From the NCBI GenBank assembly GCA_964016885.1, contig OZ024743.1, positions 277,636,001 to 277,700,000 on the forward strand: a stretch of 64,000 nt of DNA, in the 5' to 3' direction. How positions within the stretch are numbered: position 1 is the first letter of the stretch; each line of letters begins with the position of its first letter. The notes beneath the pieces were generated by a model. The model ran no database searches. It worked only from the letters and a program-made list of their open reading frames with translations, and was not told the origin of the DNA. The DNA comes from Eledone cirrhosa (taxonomy: Eukaryota). This document shows positions 11,473-23,553 of this stretch, piece after piece. Both the position numbers and the translations under genes were made by a program.

Positions 11473-11925
11473 AATTGTTTCTACTTTTGGCACAAGGCCA
11501 GCAATTACCCCAGTGCATTACTGGTACTTTATTTTATCGACTCTGTAAGGATGAAAAGCAAAGTTAACCTCGGTGGGACTTGAACTCAGACCATAATGGG
11601 CTGTAACTCTTTGCTACAAAGCATGGCGTCAGACCCTCTACTGATACTGCCGACCCACCATATAATGATAATAATGATTTCTAGTATAGCCACATGGCGA
11701 GTAATTTGGGAGGAGGGGAACGTCGATTAGATCAACCCCAGTGTGTTACTGGTACTTTATTTTATCGAACCCGTAAGGATGAAAGGCAAAGTTAACCTCG
11801 GCTGGATTTGAACTCAGAACGTAAAGGGCCATAACTCTATTATAATAATAATGATAAAAATAATAATAATTGTTTCTACTTTTGGCACAAGGCCAACAAT
11901 TACCCAGTGCATTACTGGTACTTTA
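11473..11925 (-). mobile_element. Three OK-like SINE copies (11473-11660, 11676-11840, 11868-11925 partial)
   Basis: Reverse-complement matches to the SINE at 3746. Confidence 0.85.
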
Positions 11926-12193
11926 ATCAAAGGACCATTTGTTATGTCTTCATTACGTTTATTGAGTAGTGACGCATGTTTCGCTATTGATCAGTTCAGA
12001 GTTCGATCTGTATCGATCTAGCCCGACTCTGGAAGAGAGAGAGAGAGAGAGAGAGGGGCATGGAGAGAGAGAGGGAGAGAGAGGGGGAGACGGAGAGTGG
12101 GAGAGGGAGAGAGAGGGAGAGGGAGAGGGAGAGGGAGAGAGAGAGTGATATACATAAATTCTCTCTCTTTCTCTCTTTCTTTATGTATCATAA

Positions 12194-13062
12194 TCTATAA
12201 AGCTCAGTGTGTGGTCATGCTCCTTTCTTATAGAAATCTACGATATAGAATTTCTTCAATTGAAATTTACAATTCAGTATTCGAAATAGCATCGATTGCG
12301 TCTTGGCACATCTAATTTTTTCAATTTCACCCACAATTACGCAAAAAATAGATAAAACTCAATATTTTACGATTTTCCTCTGTCATTTAAACTGCTAAAC
12401 TCTTTCCACTACCATTCAAAATCTATACGACTTCATACTTTCTGCTACTTTCTCTTTCCATATCACACCACTCCCTACTGTCTTAAAATTAGAAAACACA
12501 TATCCTCTATGAGGTTACTAAACCTGCTAGAAACAGCAGCTAACTCTCCCCCATATCACACCCCTCCATACTGTCTTAAATTTAGAAAACATATCTTCTA
12601 TGAGGTCACTAAACCTGCTAGAAACAGCAGCTAACTCTCCCCCATATCACACCACTCCCTACTGTCTTAAATTTAGAAAACACATATACCCTATGAGGTC
12701 ACTAAACCTGCTAGAAACAACAGCTAACTCTCCCTCATATCACAACCCTCCCTACTGTCTTAAATTTAGAAAACACACAGACAACCATGCAGAACAACTC
12801 CATCGCAGCTCTGTTGTTCGGCTGGCATCGTCTACGCGCGCGTTGCGCAAGTACTGTGAAACAATAAATTTCAACACTTTTTTGCACAGAGATAATATCC
12901 ATAGGCGAAACTACAATTGTCACTGCTGGTGCAGCTCCTGCTTCCAGGTCTGCAATTCATTCACCCAGTGCCTGGCAGACAAAAAAGTGCTGCCATAAAA
13001 TGGGTGGTGCAACCTAACTTTGGTAACTTAATGACCCCGAGCAACACCGGGTTTAATGCTAG
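12194..13062 (+). mobile_element. Putative non-autonomous Helitron with internal ~92-bp tandem array (12460-12778)
   Basis: 3' hairpin CCCG-AGCAACAC-CGGG then CTAG|T at 13059-13063; candidate 5' A|TCTATAAAGC at 12194; ~3.4 copies of a CTGCTAGAAACAGCAGC-containing unit. Confidence 0.55.
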
Positions 13063-13186
13063 TGTATATATATATCTCAATACTACTTTTGAAAGGCACA
13101 AGAACTGCGAAACAGGTAATGGAACCAAATAAATATATACGTTTCTAAAAAAAGACTCTAGTTGTATTTTCGATTTCATCTTTTTT

Positions 13187-13250
<64 letters not shown>

Positions 13251-13253
13251 CTA

Positions 13254-13440
13254 GCGCGGGTAAAATTCCCGAGATCCATGGACGAGTTCTCTCCAGCGGT
13301 CTCTGTCCCTCATTATCGCTGCCATGTCCGGCGTCTCCAACAGACCAGTGTCTGTGCTTAGGGCATCAACATACGTTAACCTTGGTCTTCCTCTTCCAGT
13401 GCGTCCATGTAGGGGCTCCCACAGGAGCACTGAGTTGACA
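13254..13440 (-). mobile_element. RTE LINE 3' fragment
   Basis: Reverse complement of 10971-11138. Confidence 0.8.
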
Positions 13441-13544
13441 TATATATATATATATATAGAATAGCTTTCAGCGTATTTTTGACTAAAGAAATTTTAGCCT
13501 CATAATGGGGTTTAGAACCCTCAGATAAATGGAAAAAGTATTAA

Positions 13545-13612
13545 TGTACATGGGAGTCGAACCCACATCTTTGGTTATCCAGACCACTGTGCTACCATTA
13601 CACCTACACATC
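13545..13612 (-). tRNA. tRNA-like cloverleaf (Gln-like D arm, anticodon GGA), probably a pseudogene or element-borne
   Basis: GATGTGT-AG-GTGTAATGGTAGCAC-A-GTGGT CTGGATA ACCAA-AGAT-GTGGG TTCGACT CCCAT-GTACATT; A/B boxes; TTTTT a few nt downstream. Confidence 0.55.
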
Positions 13613-13715
13613 ACCCCATTATCAGGCTAATTTTTTTTTAGTCAAAAATACGGTGAAAGCTATTCTATTTTTTAATTTCAAACCTGCTCACTATTTCAAA
13701 ACATACTTACTCGTC

Positions 13716-13747
<32 letters not shown>

Positions 13748-13882
13748 GAAAGTGAGGTTTTTTTTACAAAATGAAAAATAACCGAGGTGTCCTACACGAG
13801 TGAAAGTATAAAGAAAAAAAGATGAAATCGAAAATGCAACTGGAGTCTTATTTTTAAAAAACTATATATATTTATTTGGTTC

Positions 13883-13924
13883 CTTTACCGGTTTCGCATT
13901 CGCAGTTCTTCTGCTTTTCAAAAG
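13883..13924 (-). ncRNA. Hammerhead ribozyme with U3-A8 variant core (mutated inverted partner at ~13087-13122)
   Basis: CTT-TTGAAAA-GCA(gaagaactgcgaa)TGC-GAAA-CCGG-TA-AAG. Confidence 0.6.
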
Positions 13925-13953
13925 TAGAGTTGAGATGGAGGGTCTGTGGTATT

Positions 13954-14011
<58 letters not shown>

Positions 14012-14608
14012 TTTGTTATTGAAGATTTTTGTCCTTTGCTTCATTACAATCAAGAAAAAAAACCACATAATAGAACAGTGTTCATTTCTAGATTTTACTT
14101 CTGATAATTACAATTCTTATCTAAACGTTACAAATTGCATGAGGCCCCATGCTGTAATGTAAATCTTCCGCTACTCTGTATCAGGAAAATACCCCCCCCC
14201 CCCCATACACACACATTCACACAGAGATACACATGCCTATATGTAATATATGCTGATGGCTTCTCTATCTGCTAGAATAGTCTTCAAATAATATTTCGTT
14301 AATTATTTCTATTATAATACAAACAGAAGATTTCAGATGGTAGTGGAGAAGAGGAACACTCAATTATGTCATTGTTGGTTAGCCCAAGCTCAATTTCTAT
14401 TGCCCAGATCTACGAAATATAGAAAAAGGTTTTGCAGTTGTGACCATACTAGCTTTATTCAGTGTACAGTGAACACAGAATTACATTATTCAACGTATGT
14501 TTTTAGAGCTAGTTCTGTATGATTTGAGTGGGATCAATCACATAGAGTCTCCACCAAGCCACCACCACCGCCAACAACAACACCACCACCACCACCACCA
14601 AATACAAC

Positions 14609-14654
<46 letters not shown>

Positions 14655-14842
14655 CCACCACCATCACCACCACCATCAACCCCCCCCCACAACTACTACT
14701 AAACAACTACAACAGCAACAACAACACCACCATCACCAAGACCACCACCATCACCACCATCACGATCACGACGACGACCCTCTCCACCCCCACCACCATC
14801 ACTCTAGTACCCAACCACCACCACCACCACCACTACCATCAC

Positions 14843-16190
14843 CAGTATCGGTAGAAAGTCGGACGCCATGCTTTCCAACATAGTTACGTCCCTTTAAGTC
14901 TGAGTTCAAATCCCGTCGAGGTTAACTTTGCCTTTCATCCTTACAGGGGTCGATAAAATAAAGTATCAGTATCAGTAATGTACTGGGTAATTGCTGGCCT
15001 TGTGCCAAAAGTAGAAACAATTATTGGTTTTGATGGTGATGGTGATGGTGGTGATGATGTTGGTGAGGGTAACGATGATTGTTGCTGGTGGTTGTCGAAG
15101 TGATGTTGATAGTGGTTGTTATGTTGTTGGTGATAGTGATGATGGTAGTATTGGTCATGGAAGTGGTGGTGATGTTGAGTATCGGTAGAGGGTCGGACGC
15201 CATGCTTTCCAGCATAGTTATGTCCCTTTATGATCTGAGTTCAAATCCCGCCGAGGTTGACTTTGCCTTTCATCCTTACGTGGTCGATAAAATAAAGTAC
15301 CAGTAATGCACTGGTAATTGCTGGCCTTGTGTCTAAAGTAGAAACAATTATTTCTGGTACTAATAACTATGAATATTACTACAAATATTATTAATATCCA
15401 TGCTAGGGCGGTGGATTGGCAGTACCGGTAGAGGGTCGGATGCCATGCTTCGCAGCATAGAGTTACGGCCCTTTATGATCTGAATTCATATCCCGCCGAG
15501 GTTAACTTTGCCTTTCATCCTCACGAGGTCGATAAAATAAAGTACCAGTCACACACTGGGGTCGATTTAATTGACTCGCCCCTCTCCCCAAATTGCTGGC
15601 CTTGTGCCTATATAAGAAACCATTATTAATATCCATGCTCCTGCCGTTGTTCCTGCAATAGTTACTCATGCTGATCGTCTCCTAGCTGTTTAGCTCTAAG
15701 TCAACTTTGATGTCATTATAATTGATGTCATTCCAAGGGCGGTGGATTGGCAGTATCGGTGGAGGGTCGGACGCCATGCTTTCCAGCATAGTTATGTCCC
15801 TTTACGGTCTGAGTTCAAATCCCGCCGAGGTTGTCTTTGCCGTTCATCCTTACGGGGTCGATAAAATAAAGTACCAGTAATGCACTGGGTAATTGCTGGC
15901 CTTGTGCCTAAAGTAGAAACAATTATAATTGATGTCATTCCAGCCGTGACCTTCACGTATTATTCCTATGTGCGGTGGATTGGCAGTATCGGTAGAGGGT
16001 CGGACACCATGCTTTGCAGCTTAGAGTTACGTTCCTTTACGGTCTGAGTTCAAATCCCGTCGAGGTTAACTTTGCCTTTCAACCTTACGGGGTCGATAAA
16101 ATAAAGTACCAGTAATGTACTGGGGTCGATTTAATCGACTTTCCCTCCTCACCCCAAATTACTGGCCTTGTGCCTATACTAGAAATAATT
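14843..16190 (+). mobile_element. Cluster of five OK-like SINEs (14843-15022, 15178-15350, 15406-15625, 15737-15925, 15972-16190)
   Basis: Near-identical bodies; TSDs ATTATTAATATCCATGCT, ATTATAATTGATGTCATTCCA, TATTCCTATGTG. Confidence 0.9.
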
Positions 16191-16401
16191 ATTCCTATGT
16201 GCAGAATAGCCTGGATCACATTATGTAACGTGTATGATTTTATGACGGTAAGATATAATTTCAAGGAGTTTTAGCTGCTATTTCTTGCAGTTTCGGTGAT
16301 CACCAAGAGGTTGCTTTGTTAGCACGTGGTTGCGTAGACGATGGGGGGTATTACTGTTGCTTAGATGTCTATTATTTGTATTAAAGTACATCACTATCTC
16401 T

Positions 16402-16889
16402 GTCATCATCATCATCATCCTCATTACTACCACCATCATCACCAACACCCCCATCATCATCATCATCATCATCATCCTCATTACTACCACCATCATCACC
16501 AACACCCCTATCATCATCATCATCATCATCATCCTCATTACTACCACCATCATCACCAACACCCCCATCATCATCATCATCATCCTCATTACTACCACCA
16601 TCATCACCAACACCCCCATCATCATCATCATCATCATCATCCTCATTACTACCACCATCATCACCAACACCCCCATCATCATCATCATCATCCTCATTAC
16701 TACCACCATCATCACCAACACCCCCATCATCATCATCATCATCCTCATTACTACCACCATCATCACCAACACCCCCATCATCATCATCATCATCATCATC
16801 CTCATTACTACCACCATCATCACCAACACCCCCATCATCATCATCATCATCATCATCCTCATTACTACCACCATCATCACCAACACCCC

Positions 16890-16927
<38 letters not shown>

Positions 16928-16930
16928 CCA
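16402..16930. repeat. Minisatellite (CAT)nCCTCATTACTACCACCATCATCACCAACACCCC, ~11 copies
   Basis: Direct reading; source of the 323/345-aa low-complexity ORFs. Confidence 0.9.
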
Positions 16931-17849
16931 CTACCAACATCAACACCAACCGTTCCACCATTACTATACTCACTGCTACCATCATAGACGCCACTACCAC
17001 CACCACCGCCGCCACCACTACCACCACCACCACCACCGCCCCAAATACATCACCATCACCATCACCATCATCATGATCACCACTACCAACATCAACACCA
17101 ACCCTTCCAGCATTACTATACTGACAACCACCGCTACCACCATAGACGTCAATACCACCACCACCACCACCATCATCATCATTATCATCATCATCATGAT
17201 CACCACTACCAATATCAACACCAACCCTTACCACCAATACTATACTCAACCCCCACTACAACCACTACAACCACTACAACCACCACCACCACCACCACCA
17301 CCACCACCACCACCACCACCACCACCACCACCACCACCATTATCACACCCACCACCACCATCACCACCACCACCACACTACCACTACCACAACTACCCCT
17401 AACCCCCACCATCATCACAATAACCATCACCATAACCACCATCACCATCAACATCATCAATACCATCATCCTCATCATAATTGACAAGTCATTCCAAGTC
17501 ATTATTAAAAAAAAAAAACATCAGATAATGAAAATATAAAAAATAAGAAATAAAATATAATAAATAATAACAAAAATAACCATAAAATATTACAACAATA
17601 ACAACAATCAACATTAAAAGATCTGTCATAATTTACTGTCGTATTTTTTCGTTATTTATTTTATATTCGTTTCATGTTTAGTTTTATGCTTGTTTCATGT
17701 TGATTTTATGTTGAATTTATGTTGATTTTTATACTTGCTTTATGTTGCTTCGATATTTGTTTTATGTGGCTTTTATTGATAAATCAATTTCACCAAATGT
17801 CACTGTATTTAGTCTGGACTCTCTGCTGTGTTTGTTTCTTCTGAGAGTC

Positions 17850-17902
<53 letters not shown>

Positions 17903-18076
17903 GGTTCCCGAGTGGTGTCAGAGAGTAACCACAGTTAAAAAAGGTACTCAATATGTTGATAGAGTACAGACATCTTTATTATATATAAAAATTACTTCTA
18001 CAGGACTAGAACTGTTTCATTCGTGTGAAATCATCATGACATTCATACGAATTGAACAGTTGAATACTGATAAGTC

Positions 18077-18137
<61 letters not shown>

Positions 18138-18732
18138 AGAAATAGGATTTCGCTTCAAGCATAGCTTTATACAAAATGTATAAATATTTTGTATCTCCAA
18201 ACAAATACAGTTTTAGGAAGCTGTAGCTATGCAAACACCGGGGGCAAACGCCCTCTGGTGATGTCCAGCAGAAGCCAGGGGACAACCGTCTATGCATTTC
18301 AGGCTTAACTAGCCACCGTCAGGACGGTCCCGCCAACCGCTTGCGACTGCTGGACTAGAAGACAGCTGAGAATATATACTTTTCTCGTCTGTGTAAATGA
18401 GGTGATTAATCTCATTTGCATATGTAGCTCCATAAGTTGGCTCAACTTATAATAAAAAAGAAATAGGATTTCGCTTCAAGCATAGCTTTATACAATATGT
18501 ATAAATATTTTGTATCTCCAAAGAAATACAGTTTTAGGAAGCCGTAGCTGTCTTCTAGTCAGCAGTCGCAAGCGGTGAGAGGGACCGTCCTGACGAAGGC
18601 CAGTTAAGCCTGAAATGCATAGACGGTTGTCCCCCCTTGCTTCTGCTGGACATCACCAGAGGGCGTTTGCCCCCCGGTGTTTGCATAGCTACGGCTTCCT
18701 AAAACTGTATTTCTTTGGATATACAAAATATT

Positions 18733-18735
<3 letters not shown>
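18138..18735. mobile_element. Retrozyme-like 321-nt unit: 1.3 tandem copies followed by an inverted copy
   Basis: GAAATAGGATTTCGC recurs at 18139 and 18460; 18546-18735 is the reverse complement of ~18180-18367; flanked by (TA)n. Confidence 0.85.
18584..18627 (+). ncRNA. Minimal type I hammerhead ribozyme (core-mutated partner at 18285-18328, minus)
   Basis: ACCGTC-CTGACGA-AGGC(cagttaa)GCCT-GAAA-TGCA-TA-GACGGT. Confidence 0.88.
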
Positions 18736-18775
<40 letters not shown>

Positions 18776-19299
18776 ATATATTATATATACGTTTATCCCG
18801 GGTTCAATCGGGAGTAACCACAGTAAGGTACTCAATACATAGCAGAGTATAAATATGTAATGTAGAAATGGCTTCTACAGGACCAGAACTGTTTCATTCG
18901 GCAGACCTAATAATGAATAGCTATTGTTTGCTTAAACGAACCTTAAAAATCACGCGTGCCCCCAACCCCCCGCTGCTACTTTGGTAGAAGTAATTAACAA
19001 ACACTGGGAGATAGAGATGGATACCTTGAATTTATCGCAGTTTTGCACCAACTTCGCATCTATCCTGCCGCTGTAGCTAAGGGATTGCACGCTGCATATG
19101 TTGCAGCAGAATGCATTTGCAGAAACCTAATTGGGTCCGGAACATTTCTAAATGCAATTGGTCCATTTCAAATATACGTTTTGTTAGCACTCCTAGTATG
19201 GTTAGCTCGCATATGCGTTCAAATCAGTCCTTGTTGAGTGAGTAATTTAAGAGCAGCCAGACTATGGGTGATATGTTTTCTATCATCCTGGTAAATATA

Positions 19300-19697
19300 A
19301 CTGTTTCTACTTTTGGCACAAGGCCAGCAATTACCCAGTACATTACTGGTACTTTATTTTATCGACCCCGTAAGGATGAAAGGCAAAGTTAACCTCGACG
19401 AGATATGAACTCAGATCATAAAAGGACGTAACTCTATGCTTCAAAGCATGGCGTCTGACCCTCAACCGATACTACCAATCCACCGCCGTTTGTAAATATA
19501 ATTTAATTGGTAAATATAATATAATATAATATAATATAATATAATATAATATAATATAATATAATATAATATAATATAATATAATATAAGGTAATTGTTT
19601 CTACGTTAGGCACAAGGCCAGCAATTACTCAGTGTATTACTGGTACTTTATTTTATCGACCCCGTAAGGATGAAAGGCAAAGTTAACCTCGGCGGGA
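19300..19697 (-). mobile_element. Two OK-like SINE copies (19300-19487; 19592-19697 partial) around an (ATATA)n array
   Basis: Reverse-complement SINE matches. Confidence 0.85.
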
Positions 19698-19788
19698 TAT
19701 ATATATATATATTATATTACCTTATATTATATTATATTATATTATATTATATTATATTATATTATATATATATATATATATATTATAT

Positions 19789-19895
<107 letters not shown>

Positions 19896-19901
19896 TATAT
19901 T

Positions 19902-19937
<36 letters not shown>

Positions 19938-19938
<1 letters not shown>

Positions 19939-20334
19939 CGTGCAAAAGACTCAGTAAGTCCGAAGAAAACTGGTGAGAATACCAATGTCATCACTCGATG
20001 CAGAGCAGAGTGGATATAATAAGAACAAAGTAGAGGTGTTACATATGAGAATTATATTTTGTTTTTGTTTTTGTTTTTGTTTTTGTTTTTGTTTATAACG
20101 GTTATTTTCTTGTAATGCTCAGGATTCGCGTGTCCGTTGGATTATAGGCCTGTGATTGGTCATTCTATAGGCTTGTTTGTTTCTGGCTGGTTCGTCTTCA
20201 GATTCGATATGATTTTTGTTGTGTTAACACTGGTCTGAGGTTCAGGCAGACTTGGAGTCTGGTGTAGGGTGATGACCCCAGATCACGAGCCAATTTGTAA
20301 CTGGGTTAAGCAATAAGGTTTAGGTTAGCAAAGG
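19938..20334 (-). mobile_element. Probable inverted pLTR of the second PLE, with degenerate HHR (~20123-20206)
   Basis: Minus strand CGAAT-CTGAAGA-CG...CG-GACA-CGCG; directly upstream of the PLE ORF, abutting (TA)n. Confidence 0.4.
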
Positions 20335-21293
20335 TATTCCTAACCTAAACCTTAAAATTACTATAGATACGAATATTACTAATACTAACTTTCTTGATAT
20401 TAATCTTGATCTACTTACTGCCTCTTTTAAACCTTATCATAAACCTAACGAGAATTTAAGATATATACACAAAAAGTCTTGTCATCTCCCTATAGTCTTT
20501 AAACATCTTATCCCTAACATTAGCCGTAAGATTTCTACCTTATCTTCGTCTATAGACATTTTTAACAAAGCCGCTCCTTATTATAATAAGGCCCTCAATA
20601 ACAGCGGCTTCACCGAACACATTAAATATTCACCTACTCCTCTCTCTAACACTAAGCACAATAACAGGAAAAGAAAATTATTTGGTTTACACCCCTTCTC
20701 TCTAACTGTTAAAACTAATGTAGGAAGAAAATTCCTCGACCACCTAGACAAACATTTCCTCCCTAATCATACATATAATAAGATATTTAATAGAAATGTA
20801 GTCAAAATCAGTTACTCTTGCTGCCCATCAATGAGGACTAAAATTCCCAACTCTAATCGTACGAGAGGAAATCCAAGATGCAGTTGCAGGAAGCCGGAAG
20901 AATGTCCATTACAGGGTAAATGTAATACCAAATCCATTGTGTATGAGACCAAATTGACACCGATGATTAATAACCAGCCAGCGAGGAGTGAACGATATAT
21001 TGGCATGACTCAGGACAGATTCAAAACTAGGTATTATGCACATGTCGCTTCTTTCAAACACCCTCAAAAAAGAACAGCAACGGCGCTGGCAAATAAAGTG
21101 TGGAAGTTCAAAGACAAAAACATTCCGTACACTATTGATTGGTCTATTTCAGACCATTCAAGAGAATACCAAAGAGAATACAAAGAAATGTTCTTTGTGT
21201 ACCACAGAAAAATTTAGAATTCTCCAAAACTTGAAAGTCCCTTCCACTTGCCTCAACTCTAAGACCGGTCTGCGTTCAAGAAACCACTGGTAA
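20335..21293 (+). pseudogene. Second Naiad-type PLE RT-thumb + GIY-YIG ORF fragment
   Basis: NFLDINLDL, KPYHKPNE, KISYSCCPSM, CSCRKPEECPLQGKC, SIVY..RYIGMT..FKTRY..H, KCSLCTTEK; frameshifts. Confidence 0.9.
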
Positions 21294-21324
21294 ATGAAAT
21301 AATTATCTTATGTTGTTTATTACA

Positions 21325-21378
<54 letters not shown>

Positions 21379-21422
21379 TGTAATAAACAACATAAGATAA
21401 TTATTTCATATATATATATACA

Positions 21423-22275
21423 TTAGGGTGGCCCTTAGCAATAGGTAATTTTCCGAAATGTAAAGCTTTGCTGCTCCCACCACGTAATCCTGTTCCAATC
21501 AACAACAACACGGGGTGTGCAAAATTTCAGCTCAATCCGACAACGGTTAGGCGACCCTCAAACGCCTTGAATCTGGAACATAGTATACGCAACGATTGAA
21601 TCTGTTCAAAAGCGGTATACTCTTCCCTATGTCGACCATTTTCTTTTTTCTTCTTAGAGAAATTTATGTGGACACATCCAGGCAACCCCAGCAAATGTTT
21701 AAAAACGTTCTGAATCAAATTTACATATAGTTAATTTGAAAAATTTCTGAAATAACATGAAAAACTTAAGAAATATTAGGTTTTCTTAATAAAGCTCACA
21801 ACTTCTATTAGAGAAACGCATTTTTATTTACAACAATAATTTGTATAGAATCAAAAACATAATGTGAACACTGAACACTGAATATTGAACATTATTTTTG
21901 CATAAGAGAGGTTTTAGTGGCAGTTGGGCATGTTTTTACGGTTTTCGGTTACGATCTGTAAAACAAATTGTTTCTCAGTTTCATCTTTTGTGGGAATGTT
22001 ATTGTAATCTTGAATGAGTTTGACACCTCTTTCTGCAACATGATTCACAACAACTGTCTTCTCAAGTTGTTCAAGTCCACTTTTGTAACCAGGATCATTC
22101 TTCCATGCTGAAATTGGAGCTGATAGAAAATCTCGTGAAGAAAGTTTTTGTACTAGAAGTTACAAAAGACGAAAACTCGATGTTTGTAAAAGGAGAAAAG
22201 TCATTTTAGTACAGTTGATTTTTTCACCTTTGTCTGCTTCCAGCATAATTTGAGCAATATTAGCCTTAACCGCTT
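21423..22275 (-). mobile_element. hATm-type DNA transposon remnant (terminus plus transposase C-terminus)
   Basis: TTAGGGTGGCCC terminus; minus translation WKNDPGY...VVVNHVAERGVKLIQDYNNIPTKDETEKQFVLQIV; similar terminus at 22674. Confidence 0.8.
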
Positions 22276-22528
22276 CTTGCTCTCCTTTTCTCATTGCTCT
22301 CCTTGCTCTCCTTTTCTCCTTGCCCTCCTTTTCTCATTGCTCTCATTGCTCTCCTTTTCTCCTTGCTCTCCTTTTCTACTTGCTCTCCTTTTCTCCTTGC
22401 TCCCCTTGCTCTCCTTTTCTCATTGTTTTCCTTGCTCCCCCTTTATCATTGCTCTCCTTGTTCTCCTTTTCTCCTTGCTCTCTTTTTCTCCTTACTCTCC
22501 TTTTCTCCTTGCTCTCCCTTTCTCCTTG
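22276..22528. repeat. TTGCTCTCCTTTTCTC(C/A) minisatellite
   Basis: Direct reading. Confidence 0.9.
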
Positions 22529-22937
22529 TATCTATGTACTTGTTTATATACAAATACAATGAGAAAAGGGGAGCATATATATATACATATCATATATATG
22601 TATATATGTATATGTATATATATTACGCAATACCGAGTACTCATTTCTCTCAGCTGTCAACTACATATGTATATTAGGGTGGCCCAATATTCTGAGAGTT
22701 AAAATGTTGCTGCTCCCACAGCGAAAAATAAGTGTTTGCCCTATACCTGCGCTCTGTCCTCAGATTTGCAAGTTGCCTCCCCCTTTATATTTATTGCCAA
22801 TTATCCTTCTAATACCAAGAGTGGGTCTGAACAATTTTTTTAATTTGAAAGATAAGAATTTCCGGGCGAAAACTTCAAAATATATTCCTTTGTATTCACA
22901 GGTATGTAACACACCTATACTAGCATGCTGGTATACA

Positions 22938-22968
<31 letters not shown>

Positions 22969-23022
22969 CATACATACATACATACATACATACATACATA
23001 CATACATACATACATACATACA

Positions 23023-23553
23023 TGATAGCCGCCCCTCGTTATCGAGTATGGCCTTTGCACGATATACCATTATTAATTATTATCAATTAATTCTATCGTG
23101 CAATGCCTGTGCGTGAAGATATTTTTAAAGTGAGGAAAGACTGTGCACTGAGCCAATCCCACTCTCTGAGCGACAATAGCTATACCCCGAAAAGAAGAAA
23201 AGATCAACATCATCGGTAACTACTGAGCCGCAGGTTTTATATCAGAGTTATCTCAGTTTCGTGAGTTGCCTTCTCCTAGAAGAATGCCCTGACAAAGGCT
23301 AGGGGTCCTTCACTCCCAGTGGTTTAACCGCGCGGTACATGTGTATATATAAATATTTACACACTTTTGGATGGCTGTTGACTCTTATGAGTTCTTCTGT
23401 CCTTTGTCAGATTTTTTTTGTCCTGAAGGGTGTCCCAAATCACCCTCCTCACCAAGTAAACTTGGTGGGGTTGCCGGTTTAGTAGCCGACGACCCGATCA
23501 TGTGACAGGTTGTACTGAGTTACATGTTACCAGTAGCACTCAAGAGTGACCCG
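23023..23553 (-). mobile_element. RTE-derived non-autonomous element in (CATA)n; partial copy at 46230-46470 (+)
   Basis: One end matches the 5' region of the RTE at 31229; the other end matches 46230-46470. Confidence 0.6.

Noticed and set aside
12735-13000. RecQ-like TIVVSP motif on the minus strand
   Set aside because: Single short motif with an in-frame stop and no other helicase motifs
16278-17402. His-rich and Met/Val-rich 248-345-aa ORFs
   Set aside because: (CAT/CAC)n minisatellite artefacts
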